Sequence record: NC_055023.1
Strand: one strand, 5' to 3'
DNA from: Staphylococcus phage SP276
DNA: 40,147 bases
In this document: in pieces, positions 17,347-27,101 of the stretch
How the letters are laid out: every line of letters starts with the position of its first letter
How positions within the stretch are numbered: the stretch's first letter is position 1
Translations under genes and position numbers: made by a program
Notes under the pieces: generated by a model
Database searches by the model: none
What the model was told of the DNA's origin: nothing
What the model saw: only the letters and a program-made list of their open reading frames with translations

Positions 17347-18090
17347 ATGCAGAATTTACAAACATTCAATTTTGAAGATTTACCAGTAAGAACATTAACG
17401 ATTGAAAATGAGCCATACGTCGTTGGTAATGAAGTGGCCAAAATTTTAGGTTACTCAAATTATAGAAATGCAATTAATAACCATGTAGAAGAAGAAGATA
17501 AGCTACGTACTCAAATTGAGTACGCAGGTCAGGTAAGAACAGTAACTTTAATTAACGAATCAGGACTATATAGCCTTATTTTCGACGCTTCAAAACAAAG
17601 CAAAAACGAAAACATTAGGAAAATAGCAAGAAAGTTTAAACGTTGGGTAACTTCGGAAGTTTTGCCGGCAATTAGAAAAACAGGAACGTATCAAGTCCCA
17701 AGTGATCCTATGCAAGCGCTGGAATTAATGTTCGAAGCTACTAAACAAACCAAAGAGGAAATCGAAAGTGTGAAAGCAGACGTTATTGATTTAAAAGATA
17801 ACCAAAAACTTGATGCAGGCGAATATGGTTTGGTTACTAAAACTATACATCAACGCGTTGCATACATTAGACAAATTCACGGATTACCTAATAGCAAAGA
17901 GGTTAACAAACCGCTGTATCAAAACATTAACAATGATGTAAATACAATGGCCGGAATTAAAACGAGAACGCAGTTAAGACAGAAACATTTTAACGATGTA
18001 ATGGAAATCATTACAAATTGGTTTCCATCACAATCAACAATGTACGTAATTAGACAACTTGAAATGGACTTTGAGGAGGGGGGCAAATGA
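17347..18090 (+). CDS. ant: Phage antirepressor (Bro-N domain plus KilA-C-like C-terminus)
   Basis: N-terminal FNFEDLPVRTLTIENEPYVVGNEVAKILGY is a typical Bro-N. RBS aaaggagc. Confidence 0.75.
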   Translation: MQNLQTFNFEDLPVRTLTIENEPYVVGNEVAKILGYSNYRNAINNHVEEEDKLRTQIEYAGQVRTVTLINESGLYSLIFDASKQSKNENIRKIARKFKRWVTSEVLPAIRKTGTYQVPSDPMQALELMFEATKQTKEEIESVKADVIDLKDNQKLDAGEYGLVTKTIHQRVAYIRQIHGLPNSKEVNKPLYQNINNDVNTMAGIKTRTQLRQKHFNDVMEIITNWFPSQSTMYVIRQLEMDFEEGGK

Positions 18091-18311
18091 AAAAGCAATT
18101 TTTGACCATAAAGGAATTACAGGTTCTAACTGGTGTATCGAAAAGTAAGGCTACATCTATCACTAGAGCTTTAAATGAAAAAATGGAAGAAGAGGGGTTT
18201 GTTGCTATTAGAGGTAAAATTCCAATTCAATTAGCACGCGAAAAATTTCCGTATAACGATTTGTCAGATGAAGCTGTTAAAGAATTGGAGGAACAGGCAT
18301 GCAATATTTGA
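18087..18311 (+). CDS. Small HTH DNA-binding protein (excisionase or MerR-like HTH_17 pattern)
   Basis: LTIKELQVLTGVSKSKATSI motif. ATGA overlap with ant. RBS gaggagggggg. Confidence 0.5.
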   Translation: MKKQFLTIKELQVLTGVSKSKATSITRALNEKMEEEGFVAIRGKIPIQLAREKFPYNDLSDEAVKELEEQACNI

Positions 18312-18475
18312 TCGCATGGTTCAACACTGTAGCAGTAGCAATCGTACTAACGACAATACTCGCTTTTGCAGGCATGTACTTCACTACTATTCTGTTTGTC
18401 GTAATACTAGCAGAAGCGGTGATGTATAACTTAACTAAGTATGTGTACGACACATTAAAAAAGACTGAGTGCTAA
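18299..18475 (+). CDS. Small membrane protein (58 aa, two TM helices)
   Basis: RBS ggaggaacaggc-ATG. MQYLIAWFNTVAVAIVLTTILAFAGMYFTTILFVVILAEAV…. Confidence 0.45.
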   Translation: MQYLIAWFNTVAVAIVLTTILAFAGMYFTTILFVVILAEAVMYNLTKYVYDTLKKTEC

Positions 18476-18556
18476 TGGCAGTTAGCAAACAGTCGAGGAT
18501 AGTAATTTCGCATAAATATCTATCCTCAATATACAACGAAACAGGAGGATTATCAA

Positions 18557-18817
18557 ATGTATTTTCCAAACGGAGAAGAATTTTCAGGAATCATCGAAGT
18601 AGAAGGCTTCAAATTCCGTAAGCACGTTACTAGACAAGATGATTACATCTTGATTGAAATCACTGACATGACATACAAAATCATCGCAGAAACGAAAGTA
18701 TACGATGTCTCAGATATAGACATCGCGCAAGAAGTTATCAGTGCAGCGTTGTATGACTACATCGAATACCAAACAGATGACTTAGACAGAATCATGGCAC
18801 AACTAATTAAAAACTAG
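18557..18817 (+). CDS. Hypothetical protein (86 aa)
   Basis: RBS acaggagga. Confidence 0.5.
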   Translation: MYFPNGEEFSGIIEVEGFKFRKHVTRQDDYILIEITDMTYKIIAETKVYDVSDIDIAQEVISAALYDYIEYQTDDLDRIMAQLIKN

Positions 18818-18828
18818 GAGGAATTAAC

Positions 18829-19053
18829 ATGGAAAACGAAAAAATGTTAATCACATTAGAAAGATACGACCAACTCATCGCAGAAAGAGCGGTTTACAAA
18901 AATGAAGCTCAACGTTTAGAAGATGAAAATATCGAGCTTAAAGCTCAAATTAAGGATTTGGAAGAAGAGAATAATAAAATTCCATCGATTCATTTCAACA
19001 CACCAAAAACTACTGATGAAGAGGAGGTGTTAATCGATGACGACACTATTTAA
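18829..19053 (+). CDS. Hypothetical coiled-coil protein (74 aa)
   Basis: RBS ctaggagga. Heptad-rich. Confidence 0.5.
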   Translation: MENEKMLITLERYDQLIAERAVYKNEAQRLEDENIELKAQIKDLEEENNKIPSIHFNTPKTTDEEEVLIDDDTI

Positions 19054-19522
19054 TTTGAGAGACGCGTATCAACAAGTTTATGACCTCATAGCTGAACAAG
19101 GTGATGAGACTGTGCTAATCGAGACACTACAAAGCATCAATGACGCTTTAGAGGAGAAAGCGGACGGATATGTAGCTGTAATCAAAACACTGGAAGCTGA
19201 CAACGTCGCTATTGATGAAGAAATCAAACGCCTACGTCAACGTAAGACATCAAACCAAAACGGAATCAGCAGGCTTAAAGAATCATTGCAGTTCGCAATG
19301 GAATCAACAGGTAAAGAGAAATTCAAAACAGCATTGAATAGTTACAGTATCGCAAACAATCCGCCGAGCTTAGACGTTACCGAAGAATCATTGATACCGA
19401 AAGAATACTGGGTATCGCAAGCACCGAAACTAAACAAAAAAGACTTGCTCAAAGACATCAAGAATGGTGCTGACATCAAAGGCGTCGAAGTAAAACAGAC
19501 TAGAAGTTTGAGGGTGAGATAG
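19037..19522 (+). CDS. Gp157-like protein (siphovirus Gp157 family), recombination-module associated
   Basis: RBS gaggaggtg. 161 aa. Position directly upstream of the ERF-type annealing protein, as in many Gram-positive siphoviruses. Confidence 0.5.
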   Translation: MTTLFNLRDAYQQVYDLIAEQGDETVLIETLQSINDALEEKADGYVAVIKTLEADNVAIDEEIKRLRQRKTSNQNGISRLKESLQFAMESTGKEKFKTALNSYSIANNPPSLDVTEESLIPKEYWVSQAPKLNKKDLLKDIKNGADIKGVEVKQTRSLRVR

Positions 19523-20191
19523 ATGAGTGAGCTCAATTTATACCAAAAAATTGCTGATGTTAAAGCAAATATTGATGGTTTTACCAAAGATACAAAAGGA
19601 TACAACTACACTTACGTTAGCGGTTCACAAGTGTTGCATCGTATTCGTTCGAAAATGATTGAACATAACTTGTTACTTGTGCCTAAAACGTTAGAAGAAA
19701 CTTATTCAGTAGAAGACGTAACAAGATACAGCCCTAAATACAAAAAGCAAGTAACCACAACCGAGTACACAGTAAAAGTTAAATTGATCTACACATGGAT
19801 CAATGCGGATAAACCCGAAGAACAATTAGAACTACCTTTTTTTGCAATTGGTCAACAAGATGACCCTGCAAAAGCGTTAGGGACTGCATTAACTTATTCC
19901 GAGCGTTATTTTTTAATGAAATTCTTCAACATTCCGACAGACGAAGATGATGCGGACGCTAAACAGAAAAAAGAGCAATATACAAAGCCTGATGCAAAAG
20001 CGATTGGGACATTGAAAGAAGAGATGCTCAAATTTAGCGAATTGATGCAATCATTAGGCAAGCAAGTAACAATTGATGACGTTCAAAATCAATTAGGTAT
20101 TAGCGATATTCAAGCGTTAACTAATGCACAAATTAGTGCACTCATCAAAAAGTTAGACAATTGGACTAAACAAGCAAAGGAGAATGAATAA
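19523..20191 (+). CDS. ERF-family single-strand annealing protein
   Basis: [19 protein letters not shown] matches the ERF G.A.TYA.RY…FGI signature. Followed by SSB. Confidence 0.7.
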   Translation: MSELNLYQKIADVKANIDGFTKDTKGYNYTYVSGSQVLHRIRSKMIEHNLLLVPKTLEETYSVEDVTRYSPKYKKQVTTTEYTVKVKLIYTWINADKPEEQLELPFFAIGQQDDPAKALGTALTYSERYFLMKFFNIPTDEDDADAKQKKEQYTKPDAKAIGTLKEEMLKFSELMQSLGKQVTIDDVQNQLGISDIQALTNAQISALIKKLDNWTKQAKENE

Positions 20192-20628
20192 TGATCAACA
20201 GAGTCGTATTGGTAGGTCGATTAACAAAAGACCCGGAATTCAGAACGACGCAATCAGGCGTGGAGGTAGCAACATTTACATTGGCAGTTAACCGCAATTA
20301 CAAAAATAAAAACGGAGAACAACAAGCAGACTTTATAAACTGTATTGTTTTTCGTAAGCAAGCAGAAAATGTGAACAACTATCTAAATAAAGGAAATCTA
20401 GCTGGCGTTGATGGTCGCTTACAATCACGCAGTTACGAAAACCAAGAAGGCCGACGTATATTCGTTACAGAAGTGATTTGTGATAGCGTGCAATTTTTAG
20501 AGTCTAAAAATAACAATCAATCTAACAACCAACCACAACAACAAAGAGGTCAAGCGCCTGCACAAGATAATCCATTCACTAACGCAAATAATCCGATTGA
20601 CATCGACGATGAAGATTTACCCTTTTGA
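20191..20628 (+). CDS. ssb: Single-stranded DNA-binding protein
   Basis: OB-fold N-terminus ([16 protein letters not shown]…), Gln/Asn-rich linker, acidic tail [10 protein letters not shown]. Confidence 0.9.
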   Translation: MINRVVLVGRLTKDPEFRTTQSGVEVATFTLAVNRNYKNKNGEQQADFINCIVFRKQAENVNNYLNKGNLAGVDGRLQSRSYENQEGRRIFVTEVICDSVQFLESKNNNQSNNQPQQQRGQAPAQDNPFTNANNPIDIDDEDLPF

Positions 20629-20803
20629 CAAACCTACTGAAAAACAAATTGAATATGCTCAATATTTGCAGTCGTATATTCAAGATGACACAAGTATAAC
20701 GCATATGAGCAAAGATGAATTGAGCTCATATATAAAATTCATCAAACCACAAGCAGAAGAAGTAATGGACGAATTGCGTGGTCATGTAGATGACGTTTGG
20801 TAG
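20597..20803 (+). CDS. Hypothetical protein (68 aa)
   Basis: Overlaps the ssb 3' end. Start uncertain. Confidence 0.35.
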   Translation: MTSTMKIYPFDKPTEKQIEYAQYLQSYIQDDTSITHMSKDELSSYIKFIKPQAEEVMDELRGHVDDVW

Positions 20804-20811
20804 GTGATTAG

Positions 20812-21486
20812 ATGCCTTTAATTACTAGCTACATCACTCAAGGTGACGGCACAACAACTGTCGTCATCTCGGGTGTCGAATTAGGTGATAAGGAAACGTT
20901 GCTGCTAGATAACGGGTTTGATGTGGAAGTTGATGTAAACGTCGTAGATCCGTTCCAAATTACAGACAAACAACGGCGTAAGATATTTGCCTTATGCAAC
21001 GATATTGAACAACATACAGGTCAACCTAGAGAATACATGCGCTACATGTTTATGGACTATGTATCGTTTGTCGAGGGTTACGACAGACTATCACTTAGTA
21101 ATTGCAGCAGGACACAAGCAAATCAAGTTATTGAAGTGATACTGGATTGGGTTTTCCACAACGACATACCGCTCAACTATAAAACAAGCGACCTACTCAA
21201 GCAGGATAAATCATTCTTGTACTGGGCGACAGTTAATCGTAACTGCGCGATATGTGGTAAACCACACGCTGAACTAGCGCATTATCAAGCGGTAGGGCGT
21301 GGACGAAACAGACACAAAATAGACCATACAGATAATAAGGTACTTGCGTTATGCCATAGACATCATACAGAACAGCACAATATAGGCATGGACAGTTTTA
21401 ACGACAAATATCACTTGCATGATAGTTGGGTCGATGTTGACGAACGACTTAATAAAATGCTGAAAGGAGGTAAAGTTGATGAATAA
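20812..21486 (+). CDS. Cys/His-cluster protein (DUF968/HNH-like metal-binding module) in the replication module
   Basis: CAICGKPHAELAHYQAVGRGRNRHKIDHTDNKVLALCHRHHTEQH. Confidence 0.5.
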   Translation: MPLITSYITQGDGTTTVVISGVELGDKETLLLDNGFDVEVDVNVVDPFQITDKQRRKIFALCNDIEQHTGQPREYMRYMFMDYVSFVEGYDRLSLSNCSRTQANQVIEVILDWVFHNDIPLNYKTSDLLKQDKSFLYWATVNRNCAICGKPHAELAHYQAVGRGRNRHKIDHTDNKVLALCHRHHTEQHNIGMDSFNDKYHLHDSWVDVDERLNKMLKGGKVDE

Positions 21487-22225
21487 ATTGCTAATTGATG
21501 ACTATCCGATACAAGTCTTACCAAAATTAGCAGAAACAATCGGATTGAATGAAGCGATTATTTTACAACAAATTCATTATTGGTTGAATAACAGCAATCA
21601 TCGATATGATGACAAGAAATGGATTTACAATTCATATCCGGAATGGCAAAAACAGTTCCCTTTTTGGTCGCTAATGACTATCAAAAGAGCAATATATAGC
21701 CTCGAGAAGCAAGAATTGCTAATAGTAGGCAATTATAACAAGGCTAAGTTCGATAAAACAAAATGGTATTCGATTAATTATCATACTCTCGAATCAATGA
21801 TACGACCATCGTACCAAAATGATACGACGAGTGTATCAAAAAGAAACGACGGAGCGTACCAAAATGATACGACCAATACCATAGACTACACAGAGACTAA
21901 CAAACAGAAAGAGACAGACGACGTATCACATATATTCCAATTAATCAGCAAAGAAGTAGAGATGATACAAAATCCGCTAAAAGCACAAGAATTAGAACAA
22001 GCGATAGAATCTTTTGAAAGTAACAAAGTGGAGATTGTACAAGTTGCTATTGATTACTGTAAACAGAACAACAAAGGTATTAACTACCTTATCAAAGTTT
22101 TGGATAACTGGAGTAAAGAGGGCATTAAAACGAAAGAAGAAGCAAGAAAGAAGATAGAACCTAAAAAAACTAAAAAGACAAATGACTTTTTAGAACAGAA
22201 AAGACAAGAGTTATTTGGAGGTTGA
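21479..22225 (+). CDS. Replisome organizer / DnaD-like replication initiation protein
   Basis: Phage_rep_org_N-like N-terminus (YPIQVLPKLAETIGLNEAIILQQIHYWL) and a DnaD-type C-terminal helical domain. ATG at 21479 with RBS ggagg. Confidence 0.8.
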   Translation: MNKLLIDDYPIQVLPKLAETIGLNEAIILQQIHYWLNNSNHRYDDKKWIYNSYPEWQKQFPFWSLMTIKRAIYSLEKQELLIVGNYNKAKFDKTKWYSINYHTLESMIRPSYQNDTTSVSKRNDGAYQNDTTNTIDYTETNKQKETDDVSHIFQLISKEVEMIQNPLKAQELEQAIESFESNKVEIVQVAIDYCKQNNKGINYLIKVLDNWSKEGIKTKEEARKKIEPKKTKKTNDFLEQKRQELFGG

Positions 22226-22229
22226 TTAT

Positions 22230-22577
22230 ATGCCTATGACCGAACAAGAGGCTTTTCAACTCATATCTTTAGTGAGTGACAGCTACAATATGGAATTCCA
22301 TAAATCCAAATATGATGCGTGGACATCAATACTCATTAAAGAAGGCGATTATGAAGCTTCAGTTAAAAAGTTGAAGAATTACATTAAAGAAAGTAAATAC
22401 AAACCAACGTTAGCTGACGTCTTAGCGATTAAGCCCAAAGAGTTTGTAGCAGAAGAAAAACCGAAAGAAGAAACCCACCAATATAAATTGAAACATGATC
22501 CTGAATACGCTGAGGAGTGGCGAAAAGTTAAAGAGCGTGGCTTTCAATTGTTACAGGAGTTGAAAGCTGATGATTGA
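22230..22577 (+). CDS. Hypothetical protein
   Basis: RBS tggagg 8 nt before the ATG at 22230. The ORF-track start at 22215 is a TTG. Confidence 0.5.
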   Translation: MPMTEQEAFQLISLVSDSYNMEFHKSKYDAWTSILIKEGDYEASVKKLKNYIKESKYKPTLADVLAIKPKEFVAEEKPKEETHQYKLKHDPEYAEEWRKVKERGFQLLQELKADD

Positions 22578-23814
22578 TAGATTGAGCACCGAAGAAGCAA
22601 TTCTCGCTAATTTGATGAAAAACCCTGACTTGTTCCCAAAATTCAAGTTAAGATCTGATATGTTTGTCGACGAGGATATACGTAAGATTATCGAGTTTAT
22701 CAAAGACGCCGGTGTAGTAAATCCGAATGAGATTTATTTTAAGTGCCGTGACGATAAAGATTTCGTAGACGTTAAACGATTCACACAGATAAGTAAGTCA
22801 AACGGGACTGACCGCATGTTTTTTATGGACGACCAAATCAACTTGTTAGATGACTACATTACACGTAAGGCGATTGAAGGTTCGCAAAACTTTTTAAGCA
22901 ATCCTAGCAAAAAGGACTTTGTCTATTTACTCGATGAGTTAAACAGTCTTAAAGACATCACAATCGAAAAAAGCAACAAGACAGATGAATTTTTGTCGCA
23001 AGTGATGGAAAGTGTTCTGAGTGATGAACCACCACAAACTATACACACCGGCTTTGGTAAATTAGATGGATTGATACACGGATTCGAGCGAGGCCAATTA
23101 AACGTCATCGCAGCACGTCCATCGATGGGAAAAACCGGACTTGCACTTAATGCAATGTGGAACATTGCGAAACGGGGCTATGAAGTATCATTTTTCAGTT
23201 TAGAAACAACAGGCGACATAGTTATTAAACGTATGATAGCGATGATTGAAGCTATTTCATTATCGGATATTAAACGCCCTTTTGAGTTAGGGACTGAAAA
23301 GACCTCTAAAGTTATGGAAGGGATCAACAAGATTAAACAACACAAGATAAACATATACGACGAAAGTCACTTAACACCATCGAGAATAAGAGAACAAGCA
23401 GCTAAACCATCAGACAAACCGCAAGTCATATTTATCGACTATTTGCAGTTAATGGAATCAGACGCACCAACAAACGATAGACGTGTTGATGTAGAGAAGA
23501 TAAGCCGTGACCTAAAAATTATCGCAAACGAAACAGGTTGCATCATCGTGTTGCTATCACAATTGAATCGTGGTGTAGAATCTCGGAACGACAAACGTCC
23601 GATGATGAGCGATTTAAAAGAGTCTGGCGGAATAGAAGCAGACGCAAGCATGATATTCATGCTGTATCGCGATGATTATTACAACAGAGATGAAGCACAG
23701 CAAGAATCATCTGACATGTCTGAATTAGAAGTTATAGTATCGAAAAATAAAGATGGTGCAACAGGTACGGTTAAGTTTCAGTATTACAAAGCAACGCAGA
23801 GGTTTTTCACATGA
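22570..23814 (+). CDS. DnaB-family replicative helicase
   Basis: Walker A ARPSMGKTGLAL, Walker B IFIDYLQLM, DnaB C-terminal motifs (SQLNRGVESR…). Confidence 0.9.
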   Translation: MIDRLSTEEAILANLMKNPDLFPKFKLRSDMFVDEDIRKIIEFIKDAGVVNPNEIYFKCRDDKDFVDVKRFTQISKSNGTDRMFFMDDQINLLDDYITRKAIEGSQNFLSNPSKKDFVYLLDELNSLKDITIEKSNKTDEFLSQVMESVLSDEPPQTIHTGFGKLDGLIHGFERGQLNVIAARPSMGKTGLALNAMWNIAKRGYEVSFFSLETTGDIVIKRMIAMIEAISLSDIKRPFELGTEKTSKVMEGINKIKQHKINIYDESHLTPSRIREQAAKPSDKPQVIFIDYLQLMESDAPTNDRRVDVEKISRDLKIIANETGCIIVLLSQLNRGVESRNDKRPMMSDLKESGGIEADASMIFMLYRDDYYNRDEAQQESSDMSELEVIVSKNKDGATGTVKFQYYKATQRFFT

Positions 23815-24032
23815 CCGTGCTAGAAATGAAAGAATTTTTAGGAGACCTCTACAGAAGCACATACAAAGACGACACGCTCATTCAAATCAATTTGGTACAA
23901 ATGGGTTGGGCGATTGAGAGGTTGCTTGTGAACGAGCGTATAAACCCGTTTGACGACTATGACGAAGTAAGTCGATTAATATACGACGAAATCGACTTTA
24001 AACAAAGGAGTAAACATGAAAAAACGAATTGA
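23811..24032 (+). CDS. Hypothetical protein (73 aa)
   Basis: ATGA overlap with the helicase. Confidence 0.5.
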   Translation: MTVLEMKEFLGDLYRSTYKDDTLIQINLVQMGWAIERLLVNERINPFDDYDEVSRLIYDEIDFKQRSKHEKTN

Positions 24033-24447
24033 AATATTTTACTTAGAAAACGACAAGAATCTTGGTAACCCTAAAGGGTCATCAAGACCGAGATTCAGCG
24101 GAGGCGGGCATACTTACATGCCTGCACCGTATGTAAAGCATAAAAAGTTTGTAGCGGAACAGTTACCGGATTTGATGATAGATAAGCCGATACGGCTCAC
24201 GATTGAGTTTTACTTCAAGCCTAGTAAGTCGTGGCCGAAACACAAGAAGGAATCGCATATTGGACAGCCGCATAGTATTAAACCTGACATTGACAACTTA
24301 TTAAAAACAATACTTGATGCAGGCAATAACAAGCTGTGGACGGACGATGTATTGATATCAGAAATCAGAACATTCAAAAAATGGGATAGTGTAGCACGGA
24401 CGGTGCTAATCATTGAGGAGCTGAATAACGATGAACAAGATGTATAA
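24016..24447 (+). CDS. rusA: RusA-family Holliday junction resolvase
   Basis: 143 aa. PDIDNLLKTILDAGN…WTDD matches the RusA catalytic Asp cluster. Confidence 0.75.
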   Translation: MKKRIEIFYLENDKNLGNPKGSSRPRFSGGGHTYMPAPYVKHKKFVAEQLPDLMIDKPIRLTIEFYFKPSKSWPKHKKESHIGQPHSIKPDIDNLLKTILDAGNNKLWTDDVLISEIRTFKKWDSVARTVLIIEELNNDEQDV

Positions 24448-24649
24448 CTTGTACAACAGTAACAAAGAGCCGGTGGTAGTCGTGAGCAGAAATATTGACG
24501 GACAATATCACATCAAAGGATTAGACAACACACAACTAGCGCACATCAATCGTACTACTGACGATATAGATGGCTTCAAAAGTACATTCAATCTTTTGAG
24601 CTTTGAAGAATTAGGGCAGTTAGATTTGACGGAATTACTGGATTTTTAG
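24431..24649 (+). CDS. Hypothetical protein (72 aa)
   Basis: ORF with a weak RBS. Confidence 0.45.
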   Translation: MNKMYNLYNSNKEPVVVVSRNIDGQYHIKGLDNTQLAHINRTTDDIDGFKSTFNLLSFEELGQLDLTELLDF

Positions 24650-24659
24650 GAGTGGAATA

Positions 24660-24968
24660 ATGGCACAAAAATTAGAGATTTTTACAAAAGAGCAAGAAGA
24701 AAAAATGAAGCAAAACGGCATACCTAGAGCGATAGCAAGAAGTCGTGTGAGAAGAATGGGGTGGAGTCCTGAAGAAGCTGTCACTACACCTATCCGAGAA
24801 AAGCTTGTGAGTTATACGGATTTCCCAAAACCACCTACTCCTCCGAAAGTGGCTTATATGCGCTTTATGGATAGTCGTAAAGACAAGTCGCATTTAGTTA
24901 AGTACCCGCAGTCAGTAGAACCTAGCGATTTCTATAAATATTTGAAAAGACAGGTGTTGTGGTCATGA
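24660..24968 (+). CDS. Hypothetical protein (102 aa)
   Basis: RBS taggagtgg. Confidence 0.5.
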   Translation: MAQKLEIFTKEQEEKMKQNGIPRAIARSRVRRMGWSPEEAVTTPIREKLVSYTDFPKPPTPPKVAYMRFMDSRKDKSHLVKYPQSVEPSDFYKYLKRQVLWS

Positions 24969-25126
24969 AGATTAGAAGTGTGGACGGAAGAATCATACTA
25001 ACTGATGAGCAAGTGCAACAAATGCATAAAAATCAGTTAAAGCGTGGCCATGTATATAACAGAGTAATTAATTTAGGGTGGACAGTAGATAAAGCTGTCA
25101 GTACGCCAGTAAGGAGCGGAAAATGA
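24965..25126 (+). CDS. Small hypothetical protein (53 aa)
   Basis: ATGA overlap upstream, AAATGA overlap downstream. Below the ORF-track cutoff. Confidence 0.4.
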   Translation: MKIRSVDGRIILTDEQVQQMHKNQLKRGHVYNRVINLGWTVDKAVSTPVRSGK

Positions 25127-25374
25127 ATAATGAATGCGAATACTGTCAACCGTCACATAAAAGAAAATTTATCAAGTTAAGATTTTTCAAAGGGTTTAAA
25201 ACGGATAACTATTTAAATTATTCATTGCGAATTGGAAAAAGTTTTAAATGGGCAAAATTTAAGAAACATAAATTGATGTTATTGGATCACGGTGAAGTGT
25301 GTGCGCATATAGATATCAATTATTGCCCAATATGTGGACGGAAATTAAAAGGAGACGCAAATAATGGAAATTAA
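25123..25374 (+). CDS. Zn-ribbon protein (CxxC…CxxC)
   Basis: CEYC near the N-terminus and CPICG near the C-terminus. RBS taaggagcgg. Confidence 0.5.
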   Translation: MNNECEYCQPSHKRKFIKLRFFKGFKTDNYLNYSLRIGKSFKWAKFKKHKLMLLDHGEVCAHIDINYCPICGRKLKGDANNGN

Positions 25375-25855
25375 AGACTTGAAAATTGGTGATAAAGTGA
25401 GTGTCGAAGTTGGTTCACAACAATTCAAAGATACAGATGATGAGAAGTGGGTTTACGAAACTATTTTCGGAACAGCTGAAGTGACAAAAGTAAATGAAAC
25501 GTATGAATATGCGAATGTTATTTTTGAAAATGGAACTTATGGTGAAATCAACGCAGATGTGGAGTGGTATCCGATTCCGAGTAATACAAAAATTGCAACA
25601 CATGAAACATCAGAGATAAATAAACCTCATCACTATATGTTTGAAGATGGTACTGAGGCTATCAAGATTATCAATATGATTGTGAAACGGTATAAGCAGT
25701 CAATTGTCGCAGCACAAATCTATAACGCAATCAAATACATCGTTAGAGCGCCTTTTAAAAATGGGGTTAAAGATTTGAAGAAAGCAAAAGAAAGTATAAA
25801 TTTTGCCATTAAATTTTGGGATGACAAAGAAATGGAGTATGAAAATGACAGATAA
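25364..25855 (+). CDS. DUF3310-like phage protein
   Basis: C-terminal KPHHY…DGTEAIKII…YNAIKYIVRA…KNGVKDLKKAKESI pattern. Confidence 0.5.
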   Translation: MEIKDLKIGDKVSVEVGSQQFKDTDDEKWVYETIFGTAEVTKVNETYEYANVIFENGTYGEINADVEWYPIPSNTKIATHETSEINKPHHYMFEDGTEAIKIINMIVKRYKQSIVAAQIYNAIKYIVRAPFKNGVKDLKKAKESINFAIKFWDDKEMEYENDR

Positions 25856-26096
25856 GTCACAAGCAAAATCTTACCTAAAACAACACTTTGGTACAAAGCG
25901 TTATTTATATCAAGACGGGCGTAAAGTAGCGCACATGCACATTGTAAATGGATTGTATTTGCTGCATGGCCATTTCAAAACTAAATTCACAAGATTGAAA
26001 TTAGAGTTTGATAATAAGCAAGAATTTTATGACTATCTTAAAAAACACGAATTGCATTTTGAAGAATCTAAACAGTTAAGTTTTTTTGAGGTGTGA
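25845..26096 (+). CDS. Hypothetical protein
   Basis: The internal ATG (MTDKSQAK…) with RBS ggagtatgaaa is preferred over the track start. Confidence 0.45.
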   Translation: MTDKSQAKSYLKQHFGTKRYLYQDGRKVAHMHIVNGLYLLHGHFKTKFTRLKLEFDNKQEFYDYLKKHELHFEESKQLSFFEV

Positions 26097-26099
26097 TAA

Positions 26100-26312
26100 A
26101 TGATTTTATCTAACAGTGTAAGACAACGCTATCGCACTGATACAGTAGGCAAAACGCCGACAGAATTACAAAAGGAATTACGCAAACGTGGTGTACGTGG
26201 GTTTGTGGTTAACGTCAGTCATAACCGTGTAACGATGTTAGTCGATAGACGTGATGTTAAAACGAATAAGGAGTGTATGAGATGTCTAACGAGTACAGAG
26301 ACGCGCAAATAG
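26100..26312 (+). CDS. Hypothetical protein (70 aa), basic
   Basis: ORF tightly packed with neighbours. Confidence 0.45.
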   Translation: MILSNSVRQRYRTDTVGKTPTELQKELRKRGVRGFVVNVSHNRVTMLVDRRDVKTNKECMRCLTSTETRK

Positions 26313-26458
26313 TAAAGCATGCACTGCAATATTATATAAACCGTCCGAATGCTAGTGAACTAGATTTGAAACGTGAGCAAAAAGTTTTGGATAAGGTAAC
26401 TAATCAAGTAAAGGATATGCAAGAAAATTGGGATATAAAAAACAAGGAGGAACGATGA
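26282..26458 (+). CDS. Hypothetical protein (58 aa)
   Basis: ATG at 26282 with RBS aaggag upstream. Confidence 0.4.
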   Translation: MSNEYRDAQIVKHALQYYINRPNASELDLKREQKVLDKVTNQVKDMQENWDIKNKEER

Positions 26459-26706
26459 TGATTAAAATCTATAAAAATGAGAATGACGAATTGGAATGTC
26501 ACGTAAATTATGCAGGATATGACTTTAAATTTCAATGTATTAAAAATGGTTTTGGCGCTACTTTTAAGGGGAGCAATTCAACAGAGTATCGAGAATTCGA
26601 AAGTTATATCGATGAAGATGGTGAAATATTGGATAATTTACAAGATGTAATGTACCACATTGCTTCTGTATGCAACTGGAGAGAAAGCTTTGGGGAGGAA
26701 CGATGA
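26455..26706 (+). CDS. Hypothetical protein
   Basis: RBS aaggaggaacg-ATGATG. Confidence 0.45.
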   Translation: MMIKIYKNENDELECHVNYAGYDFKFQCIKNGFGATFKGSNSTEYREFESYIDEDGEILDNLQDVMYHIASVCNWRESFGEER

Positions 26707-27101
26707 TGAAAATTAAAGTTAAGAAGGAAATGAACCTACATCAGTTAATTCAATGGGCTCGAGAGAATAATGTGAAAGGTGAAACTTTCACATCAAATTA
26801 TGGAAGGAATGTGAAGTTTTATAGCGACGGCTCGTTCAACACCATGGAACCCATCTATCATTGGGACACTTTCACCGTCAAAGCGGAAGAAGAAATCACG
26901 GAGAGAACGGTTATTCCTTTGTTATTAGAAGTGTATGAGTTTGAAGGAGAATTAGTTTTTTTACCTCAAAAGAGAAGTACTATAGAAAGCCTACTAAAAC
27001 AATCTGACCGTGAAGAAAATATTACTACTAAAATATTATACCTTATAAATGATGATGGGACGCTAACGTTAATTTGGAAAGACGGTGAATTAGTGGGATG
27101 A
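26703..27101 (+). CDS. Hypothetical protein, tandem paralog A (MKIKVKK…LIWKDGELV)
   Basis: RBS gggaggaacg-ATGATG. Shares N- and C-terminal blocks with the next gene. Confidence 0.55.
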   Translation: MMKIKVKKEMNLHQLIQWARENNVKGETFTSNYGRNVKFYSDGSFNTMEPIYHWDTFTVKAEEEITERTVIPLLLEVYEFEGELVFLPQKRSTIESLLKQSDREENITTKILYLINDDGTLTLIWKDGELVG

